Numbered from the stretch's first letter, positions 37,026 to 47,034 are shown. The stretch: DNA of 52,066 nt from Candidatus Nealsonbacteria bacterium RIFOXYB1_FULL_40_15 (GCA_001821555.1 MHMM01000005.1:6956-59021); one strand, 5' to 3'. The notes: generated from the sequence alone by a model not told the origin. Made by a program: numbers and translations.

Positions 37026-37412
37026 ATGTGGTATTTCGCAACGCCCCATACTAATGTTGAAGTAAAAATAAACGAGCTGGATCACAACAAATTGGACAGA
37101 AATGAGCAGTTAGCAAAGCTTTTAGAAGAAGCTGGTCTTGAAATATTCCTGCCCTACAGGGATGCGGATCAATCCTTATCGGGCAAAGATCTGTTAGAAA
37201 AAGAATTGGAGGTTATAAGAAGGAGTGAGGGAATCATAGTCGCTTTGTCAAATACTAGAGGAGTTTATCTCGAAGCAGGTTATGCCAAAGCTTTGGATAA
37301 AAGAATGATCGGACTGATTGTGGAGGAAACAAGAGAATTGAGCGATTGGGGCAAGGCTTTTTTTGAATATATTGCTAAAGATCCGCAGGACTTGATAAAT
37401 TATCTAGCTTAA
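37026..37412 (+). CDS. Nucleoside 2-deoxyribosyltransferase-like protein
   Basis: YFA, IFLPYRD, GVYLEAGYAKAL. Confidence 0.75.
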   Translation: MWYFATPHTNVEVKINELDHNKLDRNEQLAKLLEEAGLEIFLPYRDADQSLSGKDLLEKELEVIRRSEGIIVALSNTRGVYLEAGYAKALDKRMIGLIVEETRELSDWGKAFFEYIAKDPQDLINYLA

Positions 37413-37424
37413 AATAACTGTGCT

Positions 37425-40271
37425 ATGTTCAAAGAGCTATACGGGCAGTTGAATAGGGAGCAGAAAGAGGCGGTGGACGCGATTGAGGGGCCTGTGATGG
37501 TTATTGCAGGCCCGGGGACGGGCAAAACCCATCTCTTGACCATGAGAATCGCCAATATCCTGGATAAAACAGACGCTTTGCCAGAGTCTGTTTTGGCTTT
37601 GACCTTTACAGAGTCCGGAGTCTCGGCCATGAGAAAAAAGCTTTCTTCTATAATTGGCTCTTTGGCATACAGGGTTGAAATATATACGTTTCACGGCTTT
37701 TGCAACAAGATTATAAAAGACTATCCCGATGAGTTTTTGGATATAACGGGCTCTGACAATATTTCAGACGTGGAGCAAATCAAATTACTGAAACAGATCC
37801 TAGAAAACACAAACCTCAAGCACTTAAAGACTTTTTCAGATCCCTGCTTTTTTCTTTGGGCTGTTGTTTCTGCAATATCCGAATTAAAGCGCCAGGGATT
37901 TGACTACATTGCTTTCAAAAAACTTGCAGAAAAAAAGGAGGCAGAGTTTCTTAAAATAAAAGATCTTTATTACGAATCAGGAAAATACAAAGAGCAGATG
38001 AAAGGCAGGTATCTAAAGGATCAGAAATACATAAACAGGAATAAAGATTTGGCTGTGATATATGAAAAATACCAGCAAGAACTGAAAAAGAAAAAGCTTT
38101 ATGACTATGGAGATATGGTGATGAGAACAGCCGAAGTTTTGCAGAAAAACAAAGAATTGCTTTTGATTCTGCAGGAGCAATACCAATATATTCTGGTGGA
38201 CGAGCATCAGGACACCAATTCAGCCCAGAATAGGATATTAGAGCTTTTGGCCAGTTATTTTGAAAGCCCCAATCTCTTTATTGTGGGAGATGAAAAACAG
38301 GCCATATTCCGCTTTCAGGGGGCTTCTAAGGAAAATTTCAATTACTTTAAAAAACTCTACAAAGGCGTAAAAGTCATTAGTTTGAGATCAAACTACAGGT
38401 CTCCCCAGATAATTTTGGATGCTGCCTTCAGCGTTGATTCTTTAGGAGGAAAACTAAAATCAGAATCAAAGAGGCCGGAGGATCCCATTTCTTTGATGGT
38501 TTTTGATTCTACGGAAGAAGAGCTTTTTAATCTGGCCGAAGATATATTGAAACACAAAGATGAGAAAGTTGCTGTTCTTTTCCGCGAGAACAAAGAAGCT
38601 CTCTCTATTGCCAGAGTATTAGAAAAGAAAGGCGTATCCTTCTCAATAGAATCCGATCAAGACGCGCTAGAAGACGAGGACATCAAAAAACTTCTTATTA
38701 TCCTAAAGGCAATTCAAAACTTTGGATCGGACAAGGATTTTATATTCTTCCTGCACTTAAGCTTTTTGAATATTCCGGCAATTGATATTTATGAAATCTC
38801 CAGATCTCCATATAAATCAGCAAAAGAAGGAAGATGCTCTGATGCTGTCAAAAAAGCATACAACGATCTTGCCGAATGGAAGAAAAGCTCAATGAATGAG
38901 AATGCGCCAACAATATTTGAAGATATTGTCAGAGATTCCGGCTTCTTGGGATATTTGCTTTCAAAGCCCGGCTCTGCAGAAAAGATAAAAAAGCTCCACG
39001 CTCTTTTTGCCTCTCTAAAAAATGAACTGGCGAGAAATAAAAACTATACTTTGGATGACTACTTTTACCACATTGATGTTTTAAGGGAGCAGAATATCTT
39101 TCTTAAATCAAACCACATACCTTCCCAGGATAAGGTTAGATTAATGACTATACATAAATCAAAAGGGCTGGAATTTGATATTGTTTATTTAATTAACGCC
39201 ATTTCAAAGCAGAACATCAGGAGAAGCTATATTAAGTTGCCAGAAGAAGTCTTGGGGGCAGAAGAAGACGAAGAAAAGAATTTGTTTTATGTTGCCCTTA
39301 CCCGAGCCAGAAAAAAGCTGATTATTTCTTACTCCAATCAAAATACCGAAGGCAAAGCCCAGTATCCTGCAAGCTTTTTGGAGTTAATTCCGGAAAAATA
39401 TATAAAAAGAGAATCTAATTTAAATAAATTTGAGCTTAAAGAAGAATTTGCCCCTCCTCCTATCTTAAAAGACGCAAAAGAAAAGAGCATCTTAAATGAG
39501 CTGTTTTTAAAATATGGGCTTTCTGCAACCGCTCTAAACAATTATTTGGAATGCCCGTGGAAGTATTTTTACAGAAGTCTAATAAGAATTCCTGAATCTC
39601 CTAACAAGCATCTGATGTTTGGAACTGCTACGCACAGCGCCTTAAAGAGTTTTTTTGATAAATATTCAGCGGGTGAAAATCCTGGCGCAAAAAATTTGAT
39701 AATGTTTTTTGAGAAATCACTTAATAGCCAGCCATTGCAGAAAAATGAGTATGATGAGATTCTTGAAAAAGGAACAAATGCTTTAGCAGGGTATCATAAA
39801 GAGCATTCTTTAGGGTGGAAAAGGAATATTTTATCTGAATACGGAGTCAGGGGAGTGGAGCTGGCCAAAAATATAATTATTGCAGGAAAGATAGATAAAA
39901 TAGAAATAAATGATTCGGCCAACAATGTTAACGTCGTAGATTATAAAACGGGAAAGCCGAAGACTAAAAACTGCATTGAGGGCAAAACCAAAGATAGCGA
40001 CGGAAACTACAAAAGACAGCTTATTTTTTACAAGCTTCTTTTGGATGGGCACGGCAGGTATAATGTAAAGACAGGAGAAATAGATTTCATAGAGCCCGAT
40101 CAAAAAGGAAGGTATCATAAGGAAGCTTTTGATATAAAAAAAGAAGATGCAGATATTCTAAAGGAAGAAATAATTCAGATTTCTCAAGAAATAATAAATC
40201 TTGATTTTTGGGACAAAAGATGCGATGACCCTGATTGCCAATATTGCAAAATGAGGGCGTTAGCCCGTTGA
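37425..40271 (+). CDS. UvrD/PcrA-like helicase fused to a C-terminal PD-(D/E)XK nuclease
   Basis: AGPGTGKT, VDEHQD, VGDEKQAIFRF, TIHKSKGLEF, YVALTRA; GKIDKI, VVDYKTG, QLIFY. Confidence 0.92.
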   Translation: MFKELYGQLNREQKEAVDAIEGPVMVIAGPGTGKTHLLTMRIANILDKTDALPESVLALTFTESGVSAMRKKLSSIIGSLAYRVEIYTFHGFCNKIIKDYPDEFLDITGSDNISDVEQIKLLKQILENTNLKHLKTFSDPCFFLWAVVSAISELKRQGFDYIAFKKLAEKKEAEFLKIKDLYYESGKYKEQMKGRYLKDQKYINRNKDLAVIYEKYQQELKKKKLYDYGDMVMRTAEVLQKNKELLLILQEQYQYILVDEHQDTNSAQNRILELLASYFESPNLFIVGDEKQAIFRFQGASKENFNYFKKLYKGVKVISLRSNYRSPQIILDAAFSVDSLGGKLKSESKRPEDPISLMVFDSTEEELFNLAEDILKHKDEKVAVLFRENKEALSIARVLEKKGVSFSIESDQDALEDEDIKKLLIILKAIQNFGSDKDFIFFLHLSFLNIPAIDIYEISRSPYKSAKEGRCSDAVKKAYNDLAEWKKSSMNENAPTIFEDIVRDSGFLGYLLSKPGSAEKIKKLHALFASLKNELARNKNYTLDDYFYHIDVLREQNIFLKSNHIPSQDKVRLMTIHKSKGLEFDIVYLINAISKQNIRRSYIKLPEEVLGAEEDEEKNLFYVALTRARKKLIISYSNQNTEGKAQYPASFLELIPEKYIKRESNLNKFELKEEFAPPPILKDAKEKSILNELFLKYGLSATALNNYLECPWKYFYRSLIRIPESPNKHLMFGTATHSALKSFFDKYSAGENPGAKNLIMFFEKSLNSQPLQKNEYDEILEKGTNALAGYHKEHSLGWKRNILSEYGVRGVELAKNIIIAGKIDKIEINDSANNVNVVDYKTGKPKTKNCIEGKTKDSDGNYKRQLIFYKLLLDGHGRYNVKTGEIDFIEPDQKGRYHKEAFDIKKEDADILKEEIIQISQEIINLDFWDKRCDDPDCQYCKMRALAR

Positions 40272-40336
40272 CAAAGCATTAATCTTAAGATAAAAAGCAA
40301 GAAGTTCGTCGAGCCAATCTAAATATGGAGAATCCT

Positions 40337-40480
40337 ATGTCTGAACAGAAGAGAGCGTTAAAGATGGAATCATTTGATAGAGCGGCAAGAGAGGACGATA
40401 TTGCCCGCTTTATCGAAGAACACACGGTTATTCACATTTTTGAATGGAAAGGACTCTTGAGGATTGTCTATATCGCATAA
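40337..40480 (+). CDS. Small hypothetical protein (47 aa), not in the ORF track
   Basis: TTGACA upstream, GGAG SD, ORF MSEQKRALKMESFDRAARE..., GC hairpin terminator after the stop. Confidence 0.6.
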   Translation: MSEQKRALKMESFDRAAREDDIARFIEEHTVIHIFEWKGLLRIVYIA

Positions 40481-40562
40481 GGCATAAAGGGCGGCTTGAA
40501 CGCAAGACGCCCTTTTGTATTAAGCTTGATTATTAAATGAAATTTGTTAAAATAAAAGCATT

Positions 40563-40808
40563 ATGTTTGATAAATTGAAACAGCTAAATCAAATAAGGCA
40601 GTTGAAAAACGAGCTTGAAAAAGAAAGCCGGGAAGTTGAAAAAGAGGGAGTTAAAGTTAAAGTAAACGGAAAAATGGAGGTTTTGGAGATTACTCTGAAT
40701 CCCGAGCTTGATTCTTTGAGGCAGGGGCAAATAATAAAAGAATGCATCAATGAGGCCATGAAGCAGATCCAAAAAGCTGCAGCCGAAATGATGTTTAAAA
40801 TGCAATGA
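40563..40808 (+). CDS. ybaB: YbaB/EbfC nucleoid-associated protein
   Basis: MFDKLKQL, GVKVKVNGKMEV, INEAMKQIQ. Confidence 0.85.
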   Translation: MFDKLKQLNQIRQLKNELEKESREVEKEGVKVKVNGKMEVLEITLNPELDSLRQGQIIKECINEAMKQIQKAAAEMMFKMQ

Positions 40809-41554
40809 ATAAGAAAAATTTAGCCATAATAATCATATTAGTCTTGATAATCTTGGGGGTAGGATTGTACTATGCTTTCTTTGCAAAAGAAGAAATCTCT
40901 CAAGAGGAAATTAACTTTAATAAAACCGGAAGACTAGCTATAAATAATCCGGGGATGGATGAGAATACCTGGTATTTTATTTACGAGGAACCGGGGCAAC
41001 CGGCTCTTGTTGCTAAGTTGGATATAAAACAAAGCGCTGTGTGCTATGAGAATTCTGCAGAAAAGAGCTGTGCTGATATTGAGTTTTTGCAGAGTCAGAA
41101 AGTTGAGGTAAAAGGATTTCTTTCGGAAAATATTGTATCGGTCCACGAAATAAAAATTCTTGAAGAAACAATACAGGTTATAGTTTATTACCGAGACAAA
41201 AATGCTAAGAACGAAGATGTATGCTCTGAAGAGGGGCTTATGCCTGTTTTCAGAGAAGTGTCCGAAGAGAATAAAATAGAAGAAACTTTAGATCTTCTTC
41301 TATCGGGGTATATTACCGAACAAGAGAAAGAGAGGGGAGTTGCCACAGAGTTTCCTCTAGAAGGTCTTGAGATTGAAAGTTTTGTTCTTGAAGACGGAAA
41401 GCTTACTTTAGTTTTCAGGGATCCAAACAATAAAACGGTGGGAGGCGCTTGCAGAGTTGGAGCTCTATGGTCCCAAATATCAAAAACAGCAAAGCAGTTT
41501 GAGGAAGTAAAGGAGGTGAAATTCAGTCCGGAAGACGCTCTTTTTCAGCCCTAA
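40805..41554 (+). CDS. Membrane-anchored GerMN-domain protein
   Basis: N-terminal TM helix; GGACRV...QISKTAKQFEEVKEV..EDALFQP. Confidence 0.8.
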   Translation: MNKKNLAIIIILVLIILGVGLYYAFFAKEEISQEEINFNKTGRLAINNPGMDENTWYFIYEEPGQPALVAKLDIKQSAVCYENSAEKSCADIEFLQSQKVEVKGFLSENIVSVHEIKILEETIQVIVYYRDKNAKNEDVCSEEGLMPVFREVSEENKIEETLDLLLSGYITEQEKERGVATEFPLEGLEIESFVLEDGKLTLVFRDPNNKTVGGACRVGALWSQISKTAKQFEEVKEVKFSPEDALFQP

Positions 41555-41572
41555 TTTTATTCAGGAGTTTGC

Positions 41573-41653
41573 ATGGCAGAGAAGAGAGGTGGAAAGGAAA
41601 AGAAGCAAAAATACAGAAATAATCCGGGAGGAAGGAGGAGAAGAAGAAAATAG
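41573..41653 (+). CDS. Very small basic peptide (26 aa), not in the ORF track
   Basis: AGGAG SD, MAEKRGGKEKKQKYRNNPGGRRRRRK, followed by terminator GCTGTCCC/GGGACAGC-TTTTT. Confidence 0.5.
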   Translation: MAEKRGGKEKKQKYRNNPGGRRRRRK

Positions 41654-41731
41654 GAAACAGGCTGTCCCTGCTCATCGGGGACAGCTTTTTATTTCACATA
41701 TTTTTTACAGATAAAGAGTTAGAATTAAAAC

Positions 41732-42466
41732 ATGTTAAAGCAAAAGGAAATACCTTTTTTCAAGCTTAACAACCGATCGGCAATGCCGATAATTGGCTTT
41801 GGAACAGGAAGTTTGAAGGGAGAAGATGCTTTTTCCAGCGTTAAATTTGCGTTGGAGGCAGGATATAGGCACATAGATACGGCTGATATTTATGAAAACC
41901 ATAGAGAAATAGGCCGAGCAATAAAAGAATCTCTTTTGAGCAGGAGGGATATTTTCATAACCACAAAATATCACGATTCTTTGTCAGAAAACGTAAAAGA
42001 TTCGCTTGATAGATTCTTAAGAGAGCTTCGGACGACATATATAGACCTCCTTCTTCTCCACAGGCCTGCAGAAAATTCAAATTCTATAGGAGTTTCTAAT
42101 TTTAGTATAGAACAGCTTAACGAAGCCCTTCATTTGGGATTTGAGATTTCAAACAATCAAATAGAATTTCATCCCAGTCTAAACGAAAGAGAATTGCAGA
42201 ATTTCTGTTCTGCAAACAGGGTGGTTGTCACGGCCTATTCTCCTTTGGGGCAGGGAAAAGATCTTAGTATAAAAGCGGTTGAAGAGATAGCTGAAAAGCA
42301 TGATGTTGAGCCATCAAATGCGATACTTGCCTGGCATATCCAGAGAAACAGGGCTGCTATACCTTCCTCTAAGAATAAGGACCACATAAAAGAGAATTTA
42401 GAAAGTCTTAGCGTAGAACTTTCAGAAGATGAGCTGGAAAAGATAGACAAAATAGGGGAGTATTGA
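41732..42466 (+). CDS. Aldo/keto reductase (apparent internal deletion)
   Basis: GYRHIDTADIY, IFITTK, YIDLLLLH, SIGVSNF, AYSPLG. Confidence 0.85.
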   Translation: MLKQKEIPFFKLNNRSAMPIIGFGTGSLKGEDAFSSVKFALEAGYRHIDTADIYENHREIGRAIKESLLSRRDIFITTKYHDSLSENVKDSLDRFLRELRTTYIDLLLLHRPAENSNSIGVSNFSIEQLNEALHLGFEISNNQIEFHPSLNERELQNFCSANRVVVTAYSPLGQGKDLSIKAVEEIAEKHDVEPSNAILAWHIQRNRAAIPSSKNKDHIKENLESLSVELSEDELEKIDKIGEY

Positions 42467-42540
42467 AGGCCATTGCAATTTGATGTAGAAATAAATCAGT
42501 TCTTCAAACAACGTAATAACTTTGGTTAGGAGACTTTGAG

Positions 42541-43530
42541 ATGGAACATGTATTTGCCGGGGCTATTGATCTGCAGGTAAACGGTTGTTGCGGAGTTGAT
42601 TTTAACAACCCTGACATTACGGTGGAGGAAGTTAGGAAGGCGTGTGAATACCAATGGAGGACGGGAACGGTGAAATTTCTTCCCACAATAGTCAGCAATC
42701 CAAAAGATGTTATTATCGGAGTCCTTTCAAGAATCAAAGAAGCGATGTTCGACGAGCTTATTGGTCTGTCTATTCCGGGGGTTCATCTGGAGATATATCC
42801 CGCCCTCGGAGCAATAGGATGCCATAACCCGAATTACTTGCAAAATCCCGATTGGAGCTTCATCGAGGGTTTGGGCGAATTGTCCAGGATGGTAAGGATA
42901 ATCACTCTGGCTCCCGAACTTGAGGGAGCCATAGGATTCATCAAGCAGGCAATAGCCAATGGAATTGTCATTGCTCTTGGCCACACTCTAGCTGATTACG
43001 AGACCATTAGAGGGGCATGGTTTGCCGGAGCATCCCTGTCCACTCATCTTGGGAACGGGATACCCGCTGTTCTCCCAAGAAATGATAATCCCATAAACAG
43101 CCAGCTTTTTCTTGCTGGCCTGGGAGCTACTTTTATTGCGGATGGCTTCCATATTCCCTCGCATGTCTTAAAATCATATATAAGGCAAGGAAAGGGAATA
43201 GGAGCCAGTGCGATCGTCACAGATAGCATATCTGCTGCTGGCATAGGAGAGGGCGCATTCCAGCTGGCCGGGAAAGATATCGTTGTCAGCGGAGGAAAAG
43301 CTTCTCCCAAAGGGAGAACTGACATTCTTGCGGGATCAGTGGCATCTATGCTGGATATGATCGGGAATCTTATTGATATGGGGTTCAGCCCTCAAGAGAT
43401 AGGGTGGCTCATATCCAAGAATCCCGCCGGAGTCCTAAGGCTTTCTCCTACTGAAGTTTCTCAATCCGAAGTTCGTCTTGAATTTCCGCAGGTCAAAAGG
43501 GTCAGGATAGGAGATCATTGGGTGATCTGA
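42541..43530 (+). CDS. nagA: N-acetylglucosamine-6-phosphate deacetylase-like amidohydrolase
   Basis: DLQVNG..GVDFN, GVHLE, TLAPE, LGHT, THLGNG, IADGFH, LAGS. Confidence 0.85.
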   Translation: MEHVFAGAIDLQVNGCCGVDFNNPDITVEEVRKACEYQWRTGTVKFLPTIVSNPKDVIIGVLSRIKEAMFDELIGLSIPGVHLEIYPALGAIGCHNPNYLQNPDWSFIEGLGELSRMVRIITLAPELEGAIGFIKQAIANGIVIALGHTLADYETIRGAWFAGASLSTHLGNGIPAVLPRNDNPINSQLFLAGLGATFIADGFHIPSHVLKSYIRQGKGIGASAIVTDSISAAGIGEGAFQLAGKDIVVSGGKASPKGRTDILAGSVASMLDMIGNLIDMGFSPQEIGWLISKNPAGVLRLSPTEVSQSEVRLEFPQVKRVRIGDHWVI

Positions 43531-43566
43531 AGGAGTAAAACAAAGGCCCGCGCTTTACAGCCGGGC

Positions 43567-43657
43567 TTTTCTTTTTGACTAAAGCAGAGAAAATTGGCAA
43601 ATTTGAAATATGCCATTAAGCATCGGAACGGTAGGGACGCAACTCGACCTAATTTAA
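43567..43657 (+). pseudogene. Degenerate duplicate of the ychF promoter and first codons (MPLSIGTVG...)
   Basis: Aligns without gaps to 46992-47061; ATG43610 reads MPLSIGTVGTQLDLI*. Confidence 0.8.
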
Positions 43658-43770
43658 TACCTTTCAATTTTAAGATAAAACTTTTAAGAAATGCAGAATT
43701 ATCCACAGTTAGCAGTTGATTTATTGGATATAATCGTATATAATCGGATATAGTTAAAATATAGACGATT

Positions 43771-44832
43771 ATGGATCAAAATAGATTTAATAAAAGAATA
43801 AAACTTACCCAGGAGATTCTTGCAAAGATAGGCAAAATAGATGAATTTAAAGGTCTCTGGCAAGGGAGTTTAAGAATCAGTCCGCAGATATTGGGCCGTC
43901 TTAAATTGTGGGTGATTATAACTTCAACTGGCGCTTCTACTCGTATAGAAGGAGCAAAAATGACAGATGAGGAAATCGCTCGTTTTTTACGTGGATTAAA
44001 CTCTAAACACCCAAAAAATCGAGACGAACAAGAAGTTGCCGGATATGCTGATTTAATTGGAAGAATTTTTGATAATTGGAAAACTGTTAAATTATCCGAA
44101 AATTGGATATTGCAATTTCACGATATTCTTCTTCATTTTTCTGATAAAGATCAAATACATAAAGGTAAGTATAAAAGCGCTCCGAATACAGTGGTAATGA
44201 CAAATAGCAAAGGAGAACAAGTGATATTATTTAACCCGACGCCTCCATATTTAGTAAAACCAGAAATGCAGATTGCGATTGAATGGGCGAATGAAGAGTT
44301 AGAAAAGAAAGAAATACATCCGCTTCTTATTGTTGCAAATTTTATTTTTGAATTTTTAGCTATTCATCCTTTTAAGGATGGCAATGGAAGAATCAGCCGT
44401 GCGTTAACAAATCTTTTACTTCTAAAATCAGGATATGGCTATATTCCGTATGTGTCACTTGATGAAATCATTGAAGAAACAAAAGCAGATTATTATTTGG
44501 CGCTTCGAGCAACTCAAAAAAATCATAAAACAGATAAGGAAGACATTACGCCATGGGTTGATTATTTTATAGATGCCTTAATGGAACAAACGATCAGGGC
44601 TAAAAAAATAATGGAAGAAGACCAACCGGAAAAATTGCTTTCTGAAAAACAAATGTTAATCTATGATCTTTTCGAGGGAGATAAAGAACTAGCCGTCGCA
44701 GACATAGATAAACTCCTAAAAAACAAAATACCACAATCAACCATAAAGCAAGCATTATCCCGCTTGGTTGTTTTGAAATTGATTAGTCGCATCGGCCAGG
44801 GACGTAGCACGAGATATAAGAAAACTGTCTAA
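43771..44832 (+). CDS. Fic-domain protein with C-terminal wHTH
   Basis: STRIEG inhibitory motif, HPFKDGNGRISR, C-terminal GQGRSTRY. Confidence 0.92.
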   Translation: MDQNRFNKRIKLTQEILAKIGKIDEFKGLWQGSLRISPQILGRLKLWVIITSTGASTRIEGAKMTDEEIARFLRGLNSKHPKNRDEQEVAGYADLIGRIFDNWKTVKLSENWILQFHDILLHFSDKDQIHKGKYKSAPNTVVMTNSKGEQVILFNPTPPYLVKPEMQIAIEWANEELEKKEIHPLLIVANFIFEFLAIHPFKDGNGRISRALTNLLLLKSGYGYIPYVSLDEIIEETKADYYLALRATQKNHKTDKEDITPWVDYFIDALMEQTIRAKKIMEEDQPEKLLSEKQMLIYDLFEGDKELAVADIDKLLKNKIPQSTIKQALSRLVVLKLISRIGQGRSTRYKKTV

Positions 44833-45006
44833 TGATTATCACAAACCGAAACGAGCAGGGGAGGATTTTATGCTCAACGGCTCCAAAGCAAAAGCTTTTT
44901 ATCTGTGGCCTGAAACTTGACATATTCAATTATCTTTTATAATATATTGAATTGCTCATTGTAAACTCAATAACTCTATTTATGCATACGAGAAAGGAGA
45001 ATTTCT

Positions 45007-46950
45007 ATGGCAGAGCAGACAGCTCAACTAAGGTTTCCCGAGATTGTTCTCTGGGACAAGGACAAGAGAACGCCCAAAATCACCTTCATCAACCCCAGTG
45101 ATTTCCGGAGAGAATCTTTGCTGGAAGTTTTGGGCTTGGCAACGAGCCCTCTGGCAGAGAGTTTCGGCGTCATCGACAGGGAGGAGGTGATGAGAAGGCA
45201 AAGGATTGCCAAGTTCATCTTCGACAATCCCGCAATGGCCAGTTTTTTCATGGGGACAGAGTTTCCTTTCTCTGTTCCGACAGAAGGCCAGGTTTTTCTG
45301 GACTACTACAATCCCAGAAAAGAACACAACCCGTTTTGGCGGGTTATGGGAGTGTTCGCAGAAATACTGCCTTCCTGCCAAAATGTTCCTCCGGAGCTGG
45401 AATCTCTGGCGGAATTTTTGTCTCAGACACGGCCTGAAATGGAAAAGGCCGAAACGGAGATGGCCCGAGAGATCGGTGAAAGACTCCAGAGAGCCACGTA
45501 TTTTGAGGGAGTGGCCAGTTTCAAACTCTCCGACTCCAATGGAGGACTCTCTCTCGATCGGAAGAAAACGGTTTTCTACGGTTTCAGGAGGTACTCCTAC
45601 ACGCTTTCAAGAATTCTGCGGGAAGTCGATTCTCCTTTCGAGAATTGCGTGTTGTCCAAGCTCGCAGAAATCTGCCAGGCGGTGATAAGCTGGATCAACG
45701 GGAGGATTTTTTATGCCCCTCTGAGAATCCGGCAGATGCCATATCCTGCGCTGAACGACATCTGTTTTTTCTTGAAGAAGCAGGTGGGCGAATGCCTGGG
45801 AGAGTTCTACGACTACCGCCGCCCTGTCACCCTGAAGGTTCTCTTCAGGTATTCTGACCAGGGATTACAGGCCCAATTGGTCGGGATTGATCGGGAAGAT
45901 GAATCAGGCAGAAGTGAGAAAAAGGAGGCCGAAAACCGAATCGGCAGGGGATTCTCTGGCTACAGCACGATGGACCGTTTCCGGATCTCCAGAACCAACC
46001 GTATGGTTCTGAATCGGATATCCGGATCGGAAGAGCAACTTTTCCTGGCCAGAGTTTTGGCCAAAATCAGAGAGGTTGCGCCGGAGATAGTCAAATCGTT
46101 CGTTCCGGTGGAATCTCCCATTACAGATCTGAAATACAGATGGGACTGCGTTCCCGTTCTCTGCAGCCACGAGTTCAGGGATGTTTATGAGCGGACTTGT
46201 CTCTATCACGAGTATTTCGGCTATCACTTCCAGATTTTCAGAGAGATCGCCGAAGCTATTCAGGCGTTGAAAGATCGTTCCAGGAAGTGGCGGAAACCGC
46301 TGTGTTTCCCGACTATCCTCGAAGATGGCAACCATCTCGTGTCTTTCGATTCGCTTGTTCCGGTTCATCTTGTCGGACAATCGGAAGATCCGAAGAAGCG
46401 GGTCAAGCTCGTCCCAATCAATTCTCTGCCCAAGCTCAACGGACAGATGATCGGCTTGACTGGCCAGAACGCAGGCGGTAAATCGACGACCATGGAAACC
46501 ATCGTCAACGCCGTTTATTTGGCACAGTCCGGGCTACCTGTTTTCGGGAAGGATGTCAGTTTGAACGTCAAAACCAGAGTTGGCATGAGCTTTCTCGAAA
46601 GAGGCAGCGGTTCCACGCTGCAACTTCTTCTGGCAAAATCCAAGGCAATCCTGGAAGTTCTGGACGGCAAGGAGCAAAGCGGAACACTCTTGGTTGTTGA
46701 CGAGGTTGGCACGGGTACCCAGGAAGTGGACGGCCTCGACTTCGGAAAAGTGTTCCTCGGGAAACTTTCCGGATCCGGCTGCAGTGTCATATTTAGCACC
46801 CAGATCATCGATTTGGCAAAGCATGCTCAAGAAAGACTTGGCGCGCAATGCTTCACCTTTGATCTGGATCACCGCATTTCTCCCGGTGTCGGGAGGGGCG
46901 GAATCGAGAAGCTGATGGAACAGATAGGTATGAAGGAGTTATTGAGTTAG
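45007..46950 (+). CDS. MutS domain V-like ATPase with an unrecognised N-terminal region
   Basis: LTGQNAGGKST, YLAQSGLPV, VVDEVGTGT..DG; strong SD and its own promoter. Confidence 0.8.
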   Translation: MAEQTAQLRFPEIVLWDKDKRTPKITFINPSDFRRESLLEVLGLATSPLAESFGVIDREEVMRRQRIAKFIFDNPAMASFFMGTEFPFSVPTEGQVFLDYYNPRKEHNPFWRVMGVFAEILPSCQNVPPELESLAEFLSQTRPEMEKAETEMAREIGERLQRATYFEGVASFKLSDSNGGLSLDRKKTVFYGFRRYSYTLSRILREVDSPFENCVLSKLAEICQAVISWINGRIFYAPLRIRQMPYPALNDICFFLKKQVGECLGEFYDYRRPVTLKVLFRYSDQGLQAQLVGIDREDESGRSEKKEAENRIGRGFSGYSTMDRFRISRTNRMVLNRISGSEEQLFLARVLAKIREVAPEIVKSFVPVESPITDLKYRWDCVPVLCSHEFRDVYERTCLYHEYFGYHFQIFREIAEAIQALKDRSRKWRKPLCFPTILEDGNHLVSFDSLVPVHLVGQSEDPKKRVKLVPINSLPKLNGQMIGLTGQNAGGKSTTMETIVNAVYLAQSGLPVFGKDVSLNVKTRVGMSFLERGSGSTLQLLLAKSKAILEVLDGKEQSGTLLVVDEVGTGTQEVDGLDFGKVFLGKLSGSGCSVIFSTQIIDLAKHAQERLGAQCFTFDLDHRISPGVGRGGIEKLMEQIGMKELLS

Positions 46951-47034
46951 TATCATGGCCTGCGATTTGCGGAAACGCATTTCGCGGGCCTTTTTCTTTT
47001 TGACTAAAGTGCATAAATTTAGTAAATTTGAAAT

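Noticed and set aside
45024-46915. Multiple alternative-frame ORFs inside the MutS-like gene
   Set aside because: Expected from higher GC content and fewer stop codons; no motifs or start signals.
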